Assembly (NCBI GenBank): GCA_951406725.2
Contig: OX597815.1
Coordinates: 180,234,001 to 180,298,000, forward strand
Reading direction: 5' to 3'
Source of the DNA: Octopus vulgaris
Taxonomy: Eukaryota
Length of the DNA stretch: 64,000 bases
Part shown: piece by piece, positions 26,671 through 38,745 of the stretch
Layout: the number at the start of each line of letters is the position of its first letter
Position numbering within the stretch: position 1 is the stretch's first letter
Position numbers and translations under genes: made by a program
The notes under the pieces: generated by a model
Seen by the model: only the letters and a program-made list of their open reading frames with translations
Told to the model about the DNA's origin: nothing
Database searches by the model: none

Positions 26671-27787
26671 TGTAATCATCGTCATCATCATTATCTTCAT
26701 TTAACATCCATTTTCCTTGCTGGCATGGGTTGGACGGTTTGACTGTGGATCTGGAAATCCAGGAGGCTGCACCAGGCACCAGTCTCATCTGGATGCCCTT
26801 CCTAACACCAACCACTCTGAGAGTGTAGTGGATGCTTTTTTACGTACCACCGGCACAGGGGTCAGAGGGGGCTGGCATTGACCACGATCGGATGGTGCTT
26901 TTTGCATGCCACCGGCATGGGAGCCAGTGAAAGCGGTGCTGGCTTCCTCCCAACGGCTCCCTTTATCTACTATCCCATACCCCACACCACCCTGCTTAGG
27001 CACCAGTGCCCACCTGGACCATCTCAACGCCCACCAGGGGGCGATAGCACCCACTTTGAGAACTTATATTCTATATGAAGCTGTTAAAAATGTACTAGGA
27101 TGACTATTCTTCAAACTAAAGCCATGTCATAGCAAAGCCTCTGTGGAAACAGGTATCCTTCTTTGCATGCGAAATGGTTGGTCTACATAACAATAGTTAT
27201 TCTAATGCCTGTAATATTCCTTATCTTTTTGACAATATTCAGAATTAGCCAAAAGCTTCCATTGAAGCTGGTAACAATGTAAACAAACTTACATGGCTGT
27301 TGCCACCCTTACACAATTCTGTTGGCCTGGCATCTCTGTATACATACCTGACAGAGATAACTGTAAAAATTCCATCAGTCTTTTTAAGTTATTCTAAATG
27401 CAAAGACCTTTTTCTCACAAGAGGGGGAAGAAAACAATCCCCTGTCATGGTAATAGTTATATATGATATCACTGGTGAATGTATTTAAAAAATGTGATAA
27501 CTCATATAGAATATCAATATTTGTCCGTGCACTGCTGCTGTTATCCTGAAAGAAGACTAGGGAGATATTTGCAAAGCACATGGCAATGAAATGACAAGCA
27601 ACACAGGTTAATGACTCTAGAAGTTAAACAATGAATTTACGCTGCAGAACAGAAAAGTTAAATGTCATTGCACTGTATCTCTGTAAAGCTAGAGATAAGT
27701 TCACTGCACACCAACAACATCTCCAGGGAAAAAAAACTAATGAAACTGTTCAGAGATTTTAGCCTAGATTTTGAAGGAAAGTTAATA

Positions 27788-28194
27788 GGCACAGGAGTGG
27801 CTATGTGGTAAGTAGCTTGCTTACCAACCACATGGTTCCAGGTTCAGTCCCACTGCATGGCATCTTAGGCAAGAGTCTTCTACTATATCCTTGGGCTGAC
27901 CAAAGCCTTGTGAGTGGATTTGGTAGACAGAAACTGAAAGAAGCCTGTCATATATAGGTATATATATGTATGTGTGTGTATATGTTTGTATGTCTGTGTT
28001 TGTCCCCCAACATCACTTGACAACTGATGCTGGTGTGTTTACGTTCCTGTAACTTAGCAGTTCAGCAAAAGAGACCAATAGAATAAATGCTAGGTTTACA
28101 AAGAATAAGTCCTGCGGTTGATTTGCTCGACTAAAGGCGGTGCTCCAGCATGGCCGCAGTCAAATGACTGAAACAATTAAAAGAGTGAAAGAGT
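27788..28194 (+). mobile_element. SINE family A
   Basis: Full-length copy starting GGCACAGGAGTGGCT. Confidence 0.9.
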
Positions 28195-29029
28195 AACCCT
28201 GAAACATGAACTCAAGACACACTCATAAAAAAAAAAATCCTGTGAGCCTGAAAAAAATGTATCGGAGTAAGCTTGGATAAACTACATAAGTTTGTTATAA
28301 ACCACAAGCTGCATACGAGGAGATGAGAGGAAAATTATTGCTGTAAAATAAGACCCCTTGCTAAAAAAGATCTTAAAATCATTCTGTTCTAAGATTTGGA
28401 ATGAAAGGAAGGATTTTAACTGAAATGCAACATAGCTAGAGACAATAAGTCATGAACTGTACCAACATAAGCAGTAAAATGTATGTTATTGATGTTGAAA
28501 TTTTCATCAGTGTTGTGGGAAACCTACATAATGGGACGTCACTAGAAAGAGACTGCATAGTGTCTATCTGGTGTTAACATTTTACGGAAAATCCTCATAC
28601 ATATGTTTCAAAAAAGAAAAAAACTATAGAAGCTATACTGTCTTGTCATAGCACAAACAAACCTTGTGGTTAAGGACAAAAACACTGCTTTGGCAAGGAA
28701 CTAAAGGCCCATAATCTCCCTGAACTACTTGCTCCAAGATCATTGCAAGGCTAATGAAAGAACCACTGATAAGCAGGGAGGGTGGAAATAAGGGTATGTG
28801 GTGATGCACTAAACAGCTTTTGTTAAATGAAGCTGTTCTGCCTAAAGTAAGAAAACAACCGCAGAAACCTTGTGAGAGTGTGACTTGATTAGGGAAAGCT
28901 GGTTGATTCCATCCCCGACCCATGATTACTGATGTCACTGCATCAGGCAAAAGTATCTGCTGTCTTTGTTGCTCATCCAAAAACTTGATTTACAATCCTC
29001 ACACCTGTAAATGAAAGTGGGATGATTCA

Positions 29030-29545
29030 GCGCCTTGGCCGATGCCAGTGCCGCTTCGACTGGCTTCTGTGCTGTCGGCACATAAAAAGCACCATCCGAA
29101 CGTGGCCGATGCCAGACTACCCTGGCACCTGTGCCGGTGGCACGTAAAAAGCACCCACTACACTCGCGGAGTGGTTGGCATTAGGAAGGGCATCCAGCTG
29201 TAGAAACACTGCCAGATCAGACCGGAGCCTGGTGCAGCCCCTAGCTACCCAGACCCCGATCGAACCGTCCAACCCGTGCTAGTGTGGAAAATGGACGTTA
29301 AACGATGATGATGATTCATGTTTCAGAAGGCGGCAAGCTGGCAGAAACATTAGCACGCCAGGTGAAATGCTTAGCAGTATTTCATCTGGCTTTATGTTCT
29401 TAGTTCAAATTCTGCCGAGGTTGGCTTTGCCTTTCATCCTTTCGTGGTCAATAAATTAAGTACCAGTTGCATACTGGGGTCGATCTAATCAACTGGTCCC
29501 CTCCCCCAAAATTTCGGGCCTTGTGCCTAGAGTAGAAAAGAATAT
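29030..29545 (+). mobile_element. RTE 3' UTR fragment followed by a SINE B
   Basis: RTE tail to 29315; SINE B 29327-29542 flanked by ATTCAT(G/A)TTTCAG. Confidence 0.88.
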
Positions 29546-29936
29546 TCATATTTCAGTGGCAATATTCCAAGGTGACAGTCTTTATGTGTTTCTGTTTGTT
29601 TTGGGCTCTAATCCCATTGTCATTCCTTCTATGAAAATCCTCTGCCTATCTCCGAGGATCTGTAACAGCAACAGGTACTAATATTTCACATAATTTTTCC
29701 TAATACCAATAATCTTTCAGCTACCCCCACCCAACACACACACACTGTGTGGCAATGTAGTTAAGTGGTATGCTTTTCAAACACATGGTTTTTGGGTTCA
29801 TTTCCACTGTGTGCCACTGTAGCTAAATGTCTTTTACTAAAGCCCTGGGCTGACAAAAGCCTTGTGAGCAGGTTTTGAAGACAGAAACTGAAAGACACCC
29901 ATTTTATATGTGTTTAAACATATATATGTATGTATG

Positions 29937-29970
<34 letters not shown>

Positions 29971-30194
29971 TGGCTGTGTGGTTAGGGAGCTTGCTTCCTA
30001 GCTAAATGGTTTCGGGTTCAGTCCCACCACGTAGCACTTTGGGCAAGTGTCTTCTGCTATAGGCCCGGGCCGACCGAAGCTTTGTGATTGAATTCGGTAG
30101 GCGGAAGTTACTGCCGTGTGTGTATATGTGCATGTAGGTGCTTGTGCTTCTCCGAAAGAGAGAGAGGTATGTAAGTATGTATGTATGTATGTCA

Positions 30195-30272
30195 GGTCAC
30201 TTTTGAGTGCTACTGGTAACATGTAACCCAGTACAACCTGTTGCATGGTCGGGTCGTTGGCGACTAAACTGG
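30195..30272 (+). ncRNA. Candidate HDV-like self-cleaving ribozyme
   Basis: P1 GGUCAC/AUGGUC, P2 CCAGU/ACUGG, P3 ACA/UGC, L3 ACCUGU, P1.1 CC/GG, P4 UCG-UUGG-CGA, J4/2 CUAA; paired by eye, with mismatches in P1 and P3. Confidence 0.55.
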
Positions 30273-30745
30273 CAACCCCACCAAGCTTGCTTGGTGAGGA
30301 GGGTGTTTATTGGACACCCTGCGGGATGAGAAACAAAACCCATCAAAGGGCGGAGGAACTCTTGAGAGCCAACGGCCATCCAATAAATGTCTTAAGGCTG
30401 TATCATGCACGGGGACATAGAAATAATCGGACTGAATACCCGATCACGCGGTTAAACCATTGGGAATGAAGGACTCCTAGCCTTCATTAGGGCATCCTTC
30501 TAGGAGAAGATAACTCAAGTAACTGGGATAACTCCGACATAAAACCTGCAGCTCAGTGGTTACCGATGATGTTGACTTGTTCTTCTTTTCAGATTATGGC
30601 TGCTGTTGCTTAGTGAGTGGGATTGACTCAGTGCACAGCCTTTCCTCACTTTAAAAAAAAATCTTCTTGCACAGGCATTGCACGATAACAACATTGATTA
30701 AGCTTCATGCAATAGCCATACTCGATAACGAGGGGGTAGCCTCCA
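30195..30745 (+). mobile_element. Non-autonomous RTE-like retroelement in a (TATG)n tract
   Basis: (TATG)n on both sides; AGGGCATCCTTCTAGGAGAAGATAACTC resembles the RTE 5' UTR motif; hairpin CTCGATAACGAG before the (TGTA)n tail; no ORF. Confidence 0.65.
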
Positions 30746-31423
30746 TGTATGTATGTATGTATGTATGTATGTATGTATGTATGTATATGTGTGTATATCT
30801 ACATATATATGTGTATATGTAGGCATGTGTGTATATATCCTTCTTTTAACATCATGTGATAGTTGTGAAAAAGTGTCATTTTCAATATTCTGCAAAATTG
30901 TGTCTGGCCATGGATAGATATTACCTTCCATGGAAACATTCAGAACCGTCTTAAGGCATGCACAGTGTGGATAACTGCCCAGGGACCCTGCAAGTCTAAG
31001 GGCTGATTTCTGATCTACGTACACTTTGTCTTGCTGTCAATAAATACTTACTATGGTGCCCTGCCCACTATAATGATTTGCCTGAGGTCCTATGTAAGAC
31101 CGACCTGAAAACAGGTGATGGTTGGTGACAAAAAGTGCACCCAACAGTAGAAAATCTGCCTCAGTAAACTCTGTAAAACCAATTCAAGCATGAAAAAATG
31201 GACATCAAAAGCATGACACACAAACATATATCTCACACATACACACAGATATACATATATATAACAGAAGCACAATTAAAGGTTACAAACCATATTCAGG
31301 GATAGCAAAATCCTATGAAAGTACTGATTAGTTACCTATATAAAGAATATTGAACATTATATTTAATACTCACCTGCAAGGTAGCTATATGAACCGTGGT
31401 TTATATATATTTATTTAATATAA

Positions 31424-31938
31424 TAATAAGATGAGAAAATAGAAAGGTAATTAATAAATTTGTGACGTATATTAGCCATTTAAATATGGCTAACCCCTAA
31501 GGGTGGATTCTACTGTAGTTTGTAGCCCCAGGAGGACACCTCCTCCAGCTGGCTTTAGACACACTTTCTAAAGCCAGCTGGAGGAGATGTCCTCCTGGGC
31601 CTACAAACTACAGTAGCATTCACCCTTAGGAGTTAGCCATATTTAAATGGCAAATATACGTCATGATGTGTTGCAGCTACTGTTTATAACTCGCTCTAAG
31701 ATTTATAATTGCTTAATTAATAAATTATTTATTAAGTAAAAAACTAACGAACATCCCTTACAGCTGTTTCATTACAAACCCTCAAAAAATTAATTAATTA
31801 AATTAAAATTAATATAATTTTCAATTTAATTAATTAATTTTCTGAGGGTCTGAATTGAAACAGCTGTAAGGGATGTTTATCAACTTTTTAATTAATAAAT
31901 AATAATTTATTAATTACCTCTCTATTTTTTTATCTTAT

Positions 31939-31940
<2 letters not shown>
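31424..31940. repeat. Nested palindrome: outer inverted repeat enclosing two ~200-bp hairpins
   Basis: Hairpin 1 31463-31663 (7-nt spacer), hairpin 2 31722-31903, outer arms 31424-31460 / 31904-31940. Confidence 0.9.
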
Positions 31941-31999
<59 letters not shown>

Positions 32000-32525
32000 G
32001 TAACTTTTATCTTACATATATATTTCTAATATATTTTTTTAGTTATAGATTTTTTAAAAATATCCCTATATTTATATATTTTTAACGTATCATGCATGCT
32101 TGTTCTTTAAATTCATCTGAAATTGGAGTCATGTTTGTGGATTAAATAACCTGGTCATATGTTTCTTTATATTACATATCTTTATCTTTCATCTCAAGTT
32201 CCTCTTGAGTATTTCTAAGTGCAAACCTTACTTTTGTGAGAGAGTCTCTAATTAATCACATTCTTTCCCAAAACAGTGTAAATAACGGACAGAGTCAAAA
32301 CTATTGAAAAGGTTGCAGGACGCAACGAAAATTTTAGGAAAATAAAGATAAGAAAAAAGGTGGAAATTTTACCGGTGAGTGTGCTACATTATAAGGCACA
32401 AAAAGAAAATGACTTTTCCAAAAACAATTATATATATAGTGAGAATTTACAAAAAAACAAAAGACGAAGACAGATGTGTAAACAACAAACAGATGTTTTA
32501 GTTTAACGCTCGGGAAGTGAGAAAG

Positions 32526-32564
32526 TCCTTTACATTTCGAGCCTATGCTCTTTGACAGAAAAGA
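32526..32564 (-). ncRNA. Decayed minimal type I hammerhead (family 2) in repeat 32445-32600
   Basis: UCUUUU CUGUCAA A GAGC AUAG GCUC GAAA UG UA AAGGA. Confidence 0.6.
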
Positions 32565-33151
32565 ACACAGAAATAAGCAGAGAGAGAAAATAAAATATAT
32601 GTATGTATGTATGTATGTATGCTTGATAACTGATGTCGGTGTGTTTACGTTCCTGTAACTTAGCGGTTTGGCAAAAGAGACTGATAGAATATGTACTAGG
32701 CTTACAAAGAATAATTCCTGGGGTCGATTTGTTCAACTAAAGGCAGTGCCCCAGTATGGCCACAGTCAAATGACTGAAACAAGTAAAAGAATAGAAGAAT
32801 GTGTGCGCAGGTGTGTGTTTGTGTGAGTGTTTGTGTATGTACGTGGGTGTGTGTCTTTGTGTCACCACCACTGCTTGACAATCAGTGTTGGTGTGTTTAT
32901 GTCCCTGTAATTTAGTGGTTTGGAAAAAGACACAGATAGAATATCACAGCTTCAAAAAAAAAAAATTACTGGGGGTTGATTCATTCAACTAAACATTCTA
33001 ACATTCTTCAAGGTGACACAAATAAAAGGTTATCCATCTGATGATTGTTAAAAGCAAACTTTTGGCTCTTGACATGAAACTTTAAGTAACAACGCGTTAA
33101 CTATCACACAATCGATATAAATGTGTACATGTCTGTGAATTTGTGTGTGTG

Positions 33152-33199
<48 letters not shown>

Positions 33200-34184
33200 A
33201 CTTAATGGAGATGAATATAATTTATATGTCTGTAAGTAAGTGGGTCTGTTGATGAAGATCAGTCTGTTTATAGAGACAAATGTAATATATTGAATAGAGC
33301 TTCATGTATTTAATACTGAGGATGCAGACCTTGTTAGGATTTCTCATAAACAAGAATCCACCGATTCCCCATTACCATTGGTAACAACATTACATGATAT
33401 TTTGGCATAGTTTTTGGTGTTTGCTGCCAACAATTCAATACTATCTTTACCAATCTGACAGCATTTGACCAACAAAGTTCGTATGCGTGTACATATGTAT
33501 GTGTATATGTTTGTACGTCTGTGTCTAAGTATATGTGTGTTTATATGTGAATATTTCTATGCACACGCACACACACACACGCACATAGATGCATGTATAT
33601 CTATACATATATATATATATATGTACATACACACATACACATATAAACATATATAGGTATATAAACATATATATATATATATGTACATACGCACACACAC
33701 ATGCACACACACACACATGCACACACATGCACAGACACACATATAAATATATAGAGAGAGACAGATACAGATAGATGTGTATGTACATATCATATCATTG
33801 TTATCGTCATCATAATTATTTATATGTTTCCATGCTGGAATAGGTTCGACAAATTTATAGCATCTGCTGAGTCTAAAAATATCGAATTTATTCTCTTAAT
33901 ACATTTGGAGAAATCTAAATGATCAAAGGTGGATGTCTGAATGGTAATTGACTCACAACTGGTTGGATTAATGGGGTACTGGGTTGTAGGTTGGGCAGTC
34001 AGTATTTTATATTCTGTCTCCAGTGCTCTACTATTTCCATGATCAAAGTCCTTAATTTCTTGGTAATTAATCTGTGTAAAATGGCGGTGGGGACGGGGAG
34101 AATTTACAAAAAGAACAAAAGATGAAGACAGGTGTGTAAACAACAAACAGATGTATTAGTTTAACACTCGGGAAGTGAGAAAGT

Positions 34185-34222
34185 ATTTTACGTTTTGAGC
34201 TTACGCTCTTTGTCAGAAGAGA
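34185..34222 (-). ncRNA. Decayed minimal type I hammerhead (family 2) in repeat 34098-34252
   Basis: UCUCUU CUGACAA A GAGC GUAA GCUC AAAA CG UA AAAU. Confidence 0.6.
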
Positions 34223-34483
34223 ACACAAAAATAAACAGGGAGAGAAAATAGGAAAATTTGAACACAGAACCTAAAGATGGATGAAATGCTGCTAAGCATC
34301 TTGCCTGGCATGCAAAAGATTCTGCTAGCTCAATGTCTTGAAGGTGTAAAATATTGATTTTAAATTTTGGCATAAGGCCAGGAATTTTAGGGGAGTGGGT
34401 AAGTTGTTTACATTGACCCTCAGAATCCAGCTGGTACTCATTTCATCAGCTCCAAAAGGGCTGTAAAGACAAAGTTAACCTTA

Positions 34484-34642
34484 CCTTATTTACATTTGAC
34501 GGATATTTGTCCTCATCTTGTTTGTAACAATGTTTCGGCTGATACACCCTCCATCCTTCATCAGGTGTCTTGGGGAAATTTCGAATCTGGGTTCTCATTC
34601 CTAAGGTATTTTTCAATGTTGTTGTTGTTGTTGTTATTATTA

Positions 34643-34696
<54 letters not shown>

Positions 34697-34809
34697 TCAC
34701 TGCCTGGAATTGAACTCGGAATCTTAACCACTACACCATATGCCTGTAGTGGTTAAGAGTGCGGGCTACTAACCCCAAGATTGCGAGTTCAATTCAAAGC
34801 AGTGACCTC
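34484..34809. mobile_element. Inverted pair 3 of the tRNA-head/hammerhead unit (left part; the plus copy resumes at 38289)
   Basis: Minus unit 34484-34745; plus tRNA-like head 34746-34809 ending CAGTGACCT. Confidence 0.8.
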
Positions 34810-35096
34810 ATCATCATCATCATCATCATTTAGCGTCCGTTTTCCATGCTAGCATGGGTTGGACGGTTCAACTGGGGTCTGGGGAGCCCGAAGGCTGCAC
34901 CAGGCCAGTCAGATCTGGCAGTGTTTCTACAGCTGGATGCCCTTCCTAACGCCAACCACTCCGAGAGTGTAGTGGGTGATTTTATGTGCCACCGACACAG
35001 GTGCCAGACGAGGCTGGCAAACGGCCACGCTCGGATGGTGTTTTTATGTGCCACCGACACAGGTGCCAGACGAGGCTGGCAGACGGCCACGCTCGG

Positions 35097-37244
35097 ATGG
35101 TGTTTTTATGTGTCACCGACACAGGTGCCAGATGAGGCTGGCGGACGGCCACGATCGGATGGTGTTTGTTACGTCCCCAAAGCACGGAGGCCAGTCTATG
35201 CGGTACTGGCTACGGCCACGTTCGGATGATTTTCTTGTGTGCCACCGGCACTGGTACCACAAAGATACAAATTCCATTGATGTTCATCTATTTTGATTTG
35301 TTTTGATTTGATTTGATATTCACTTGCCTCAACAGGACTTCACAAGTGTCACAAGAAGGAAGGTATGCACAGGTGGACTGACTACGTCCCAGGTAGGGGC
35401 CACGGGTTATGGCCTGACTAGTCTTGCCGGGTCTTCGGATGGTGTTTTTATGTGCCACCGACACAGGTGCCAGATGAGGCTGGCGAACGGCCACGATCGG
35501 ATGGTGTTTGTTGCGTGCCCACAGCACGGAGGCCAGTCGATGCAGTACTGGCTACGGCCACGTTCGGATGGTTTTCTTGTGTGCCACCGGCACTGGTACC
35601 ACAAGATACAAATTCCATTGATGTTCATCTATTTTGATTTGATTTGATTTGATTTTCACTTGCCTCAACAGGTCTTCACAGGTCTTCACAAGTGTCACAA
35701 GAAGGAAGGAAGGTATGCACAGGTGGACTGACTACGTCCCAAGTAGGGGCCATGGGTTATGGCCTGACTAGTCTTGCCGGGTCTTCAGTTGGTGTTTTTA
35801 TGTGCCACCGACACAGGTACCAGATGAGGCTGGCGGACGGCCACGATCGGATGGTGTTTGTTATGTGCCCACATCACAGAGGCCAGTCGATGCGGTACTG
35901 GCTACGGCCACGTTCGGATGGTTTTCTTGTGTGCCACTGGTACTGGTACCACAAAGATACAAATTCCATTGATGTTCATCTATTTTGATTTGGTTTGATT
36001 TGATTTGATTTGATTTTGAATTCACTTGCCTCAACAGGTCTACACAAGTGTCACACACTTGCCTCAACAGGTCTTCACAAGTGTCATAAGTAGGAAGGTA
36101 TGCACAGGTGGACTGACTACGTCGCCGGGTCTTCGGATGGTGTTTTTATGTGCCACCAACACAGGTGCCAGATGAGGCTGGCGAACGGCCACGATCGGAT
36201 GGTTTTCTTGTGTGCCACCGGTACTGGAACCACAAAGATACAAATTCCATTGATGTTCATCTATTTTGATTTGGTTTGATTTTCACTTGCCTCAACAGGT
36301 CTTCACAAGTGTCACACGTGTCACACACTAGCCTCAACAGGTCTCCACAAGTGTCACACACTTGCCTCTGCCTCAACAGGTCTTCACAAAGTGTCACACA
36401 CTTGCCTCTGCCTCAACAGGTCTTCACAAGTGTCACACACTTGCCTCAACAGGTCTTCACAAGTGTCATAAGAGGGAAGGTATGCACAGGTGGACTGACT
36501 ACGTCGCCGGGTCTTCGGATGGTGTTTTTATGTGCCACCGACACAGGTGCCAGATGAGGCTGGCGAACGGCCATGATCAGATGGTGTTTGTTGTGCCCAC
36601 AGCACGGAGGCCAGTCGATGCGGTACTGGCTACGGCCACGTTCGGATGGTTTTCTTGTGTGCCACCGGTACTGGAACCACAAAGATACAAATTCCATTGA
36701 TGTTCATCTATTTTGATTTGGTTTGATTTGATTTTCACTTGCCTCAACAGGTCTTCACAAGGGTCACACACTTGCCTCAACAGGTCTCCACAAGTGTCAC
36801 ACAGTGTCACAGGTCTTCACAAGTGTGCACTCTTGCCTCAACAGGTCTTCACAAGTGTCATAAGAGGGAAGGTATGCACAGGTGGACTGACTACGTCGCC
36901 GGGTCTTCGGATGGTGTCTTTATGTGCCACCGACACAGGTGCCAGATGAGGCTGGCGAACGGCCACGATCGGATGGTGTTTGTTGTGCCCACAGCACGGA
37001 GGCCAGTCGATGCGGTACTGGCTACGGCCACGTTTGGGTGGTTTTCTTGTGTGCCACCGGCACTGGTACCACAAAGAATACAATTCCACTGATGTTCATC
37101 TATTTTGATTTGTTTTGATTTGATTTTTCACTTGCCTCAACAGGTCTTCATAAGTGTCACAAGAAGGAAGGTATGCACAGGAGGACTGACTACGTCCCAG
37201 GTAGGGGCCACGGGTTATGGCCTGACTAGTCTTGCCGGGTCTTC
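35097..37244 (-). repeat. Six tandem ~340-390-bp units of RTE ORF end plus 3' UTR
   Basis: Junction GCCGGGTCTTC|(G/A)G(A/T)TGGTG at 35436, 35786, 36134, 36516 and 36908; native continuation into the ORF at 37244. Confidence 0.92.
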
Positions 37245-38286
37245 TCACGCACAGCATACTTCCATAGGTCTCGGTCTCTAGACATTTCCTTAGTGAGACC
37301 TAAAGTTCGAAGGTCGTGCTTCACCACCTCGTCCCAGGTTTTCCTGGGTCTACCTCTTCCACAGGTTCCCTCAACTGCTAGGGTGTAGCACTTTTGCACA
37401 CAACTATCTTCAGCCTTTCTCGTCACATGACCATACCAGCGCAGCCGTCTCTCTTGCACACCACAACTGACGCTTCTTAGGTTCAACTTTTCTCTCAAGG
37501 AACTTACACTCTGACGATTATGAACACTGACATTACACATCCATCGGAGCATACTGGCTTCATTTCTTGCGAGCTTACGCATATCCTCAGCAGTCACGGC
37601 CCATGTTTCACTACCATGTAGCATGGCTGTACGTACACATGCATCATACAGTCTGCCTTTTACTCTGAGCGAGAGGCCTTTTGTCACCAGCAGGGGTAAG
37701 AGCTCTCTAAACTTTGCCCAGGCTATTCTTACTCTAGCAGTTACACTTTCAGCACACCCACCCCCGCTACTGACTTGGTCTCCTAGGTAGCGGAAGCTAT
37801 CAACTACTTCTAGTTTGTCTCCCTGGAACGTGGCAGAAGTTGGTCTCTGCACATTTCCAGTGTTTATTGCTCCTGAGCATTTGCCACAGACAAAAACTAT
37901 TTTCCTAGTTAGCCTTCCTTTGACATTGCTGCACCTCTTATGTGTCCATAGCTTACACTTGGTGCATCTTATAGAGTTTCTACCTACACCTTTTTTACAG
38001 ATCGAGCAGGGCCATCTACCTGAAGGCGTTTGTGATTGATCTACCTTCCTACTTATTAGGACTTTGGTTTTGGCTAGGTTGATTCTAAGGCCCTTCGATT
38101 CTAATCCTTGTTTCCACACCTGAAACTTCTCCTCCAGTTCTGATAGTGACTCAGCAATTAGAGCAAGGTCATCAGCATAGAGGAGCTCCCAGGGGCAACC
38201 TGTCTTGAATTCCTCCGTTATTGCCTGGAGGACTATGATAAATAGGAGGGGACTGAGGACTGAACCTTGGTGGACCCCAACCTCTA

Positions 38287-38289
<3 letters not shown>
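37226..38289 (-). CDS. RTE reverse transcriptase C-terminal fragment (uninterrupted frame, 5'-truncated) with internal PHD-like finger
   Basis: Frame extends upstream of the listed ORF: GVHQGSVLSPLLF...ELLYADDLAL; CSICKKGV..SIRCTKCKLWTHKRC..FVCGKC; FRYLG; RRLRWYGHV. Confidence 0.9.
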
Positions 38290-38329
<40 letters not shown>

Positions 38330-38745
38330 TTAAAAACATTGAAGATAGTGAGCTGGTGGAAACATTAGCACACCGAGCAAAATGCTTAGCGGTATTTCAC
38401 CTGTCTTTATGTTCTGAATTCAAATTTTGCCAAGGTTGACTTTGCCTTTCATCCTTTCGGAGTTGATAAATTAAGTACCAGTTACTCACTGGGGTCGATA
38501 TAATTGACTTAATCTCTTTGTTTGTCCCCTCTATGTTTAGTCACCTGTAGGTAATAAAGAAATAAATAATAATATCATAAATACTTTAGGAATGAGAACC
38601 CAGGTTCGAAATTTCCCCGAGGCACCTGACAAAGGATGGCGGGTATATCAGCCAAAACGTTGTGTTAACAACAAACAAGATGAGGACAAATATCTTTCTA
38701 ATGTAAATAATGTGCATAATTCCTCATCTCTTAAATATAGAACTG
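38290..38745 (+). mobile_element. Remainder of the plus hammerhead unit of pair 3, with SINE B (38345-38565) in its (AAT)n
   Basis: (AAT)n, SINE B, then TAGGAATGAGAACCCAGG...CACCTGACAAAGGATGG...CAGCCAAAACGTTGTGTT...AATATAGAACTG. Confidence 0.8.

Larger units (their letters stand above)
34810..38289 (-). mobile_element. 5'-truncated RTE LINE with tandemly amplified 3' region
   Basis: (CAT)n tail at 34810, 3' UTR array 35097-37244, open RT frame 37226-38289. Confidence 0.95.

Noticed and set aside
34830-37118. Repeated Cys/His/Arg-rich ORFs, and a CRISPR-like appearance
   Set aside because: Translations of RTE 3' UTR subrepeats; intervening sequences are homologous, not unique spacers, and the context is eukaryotic
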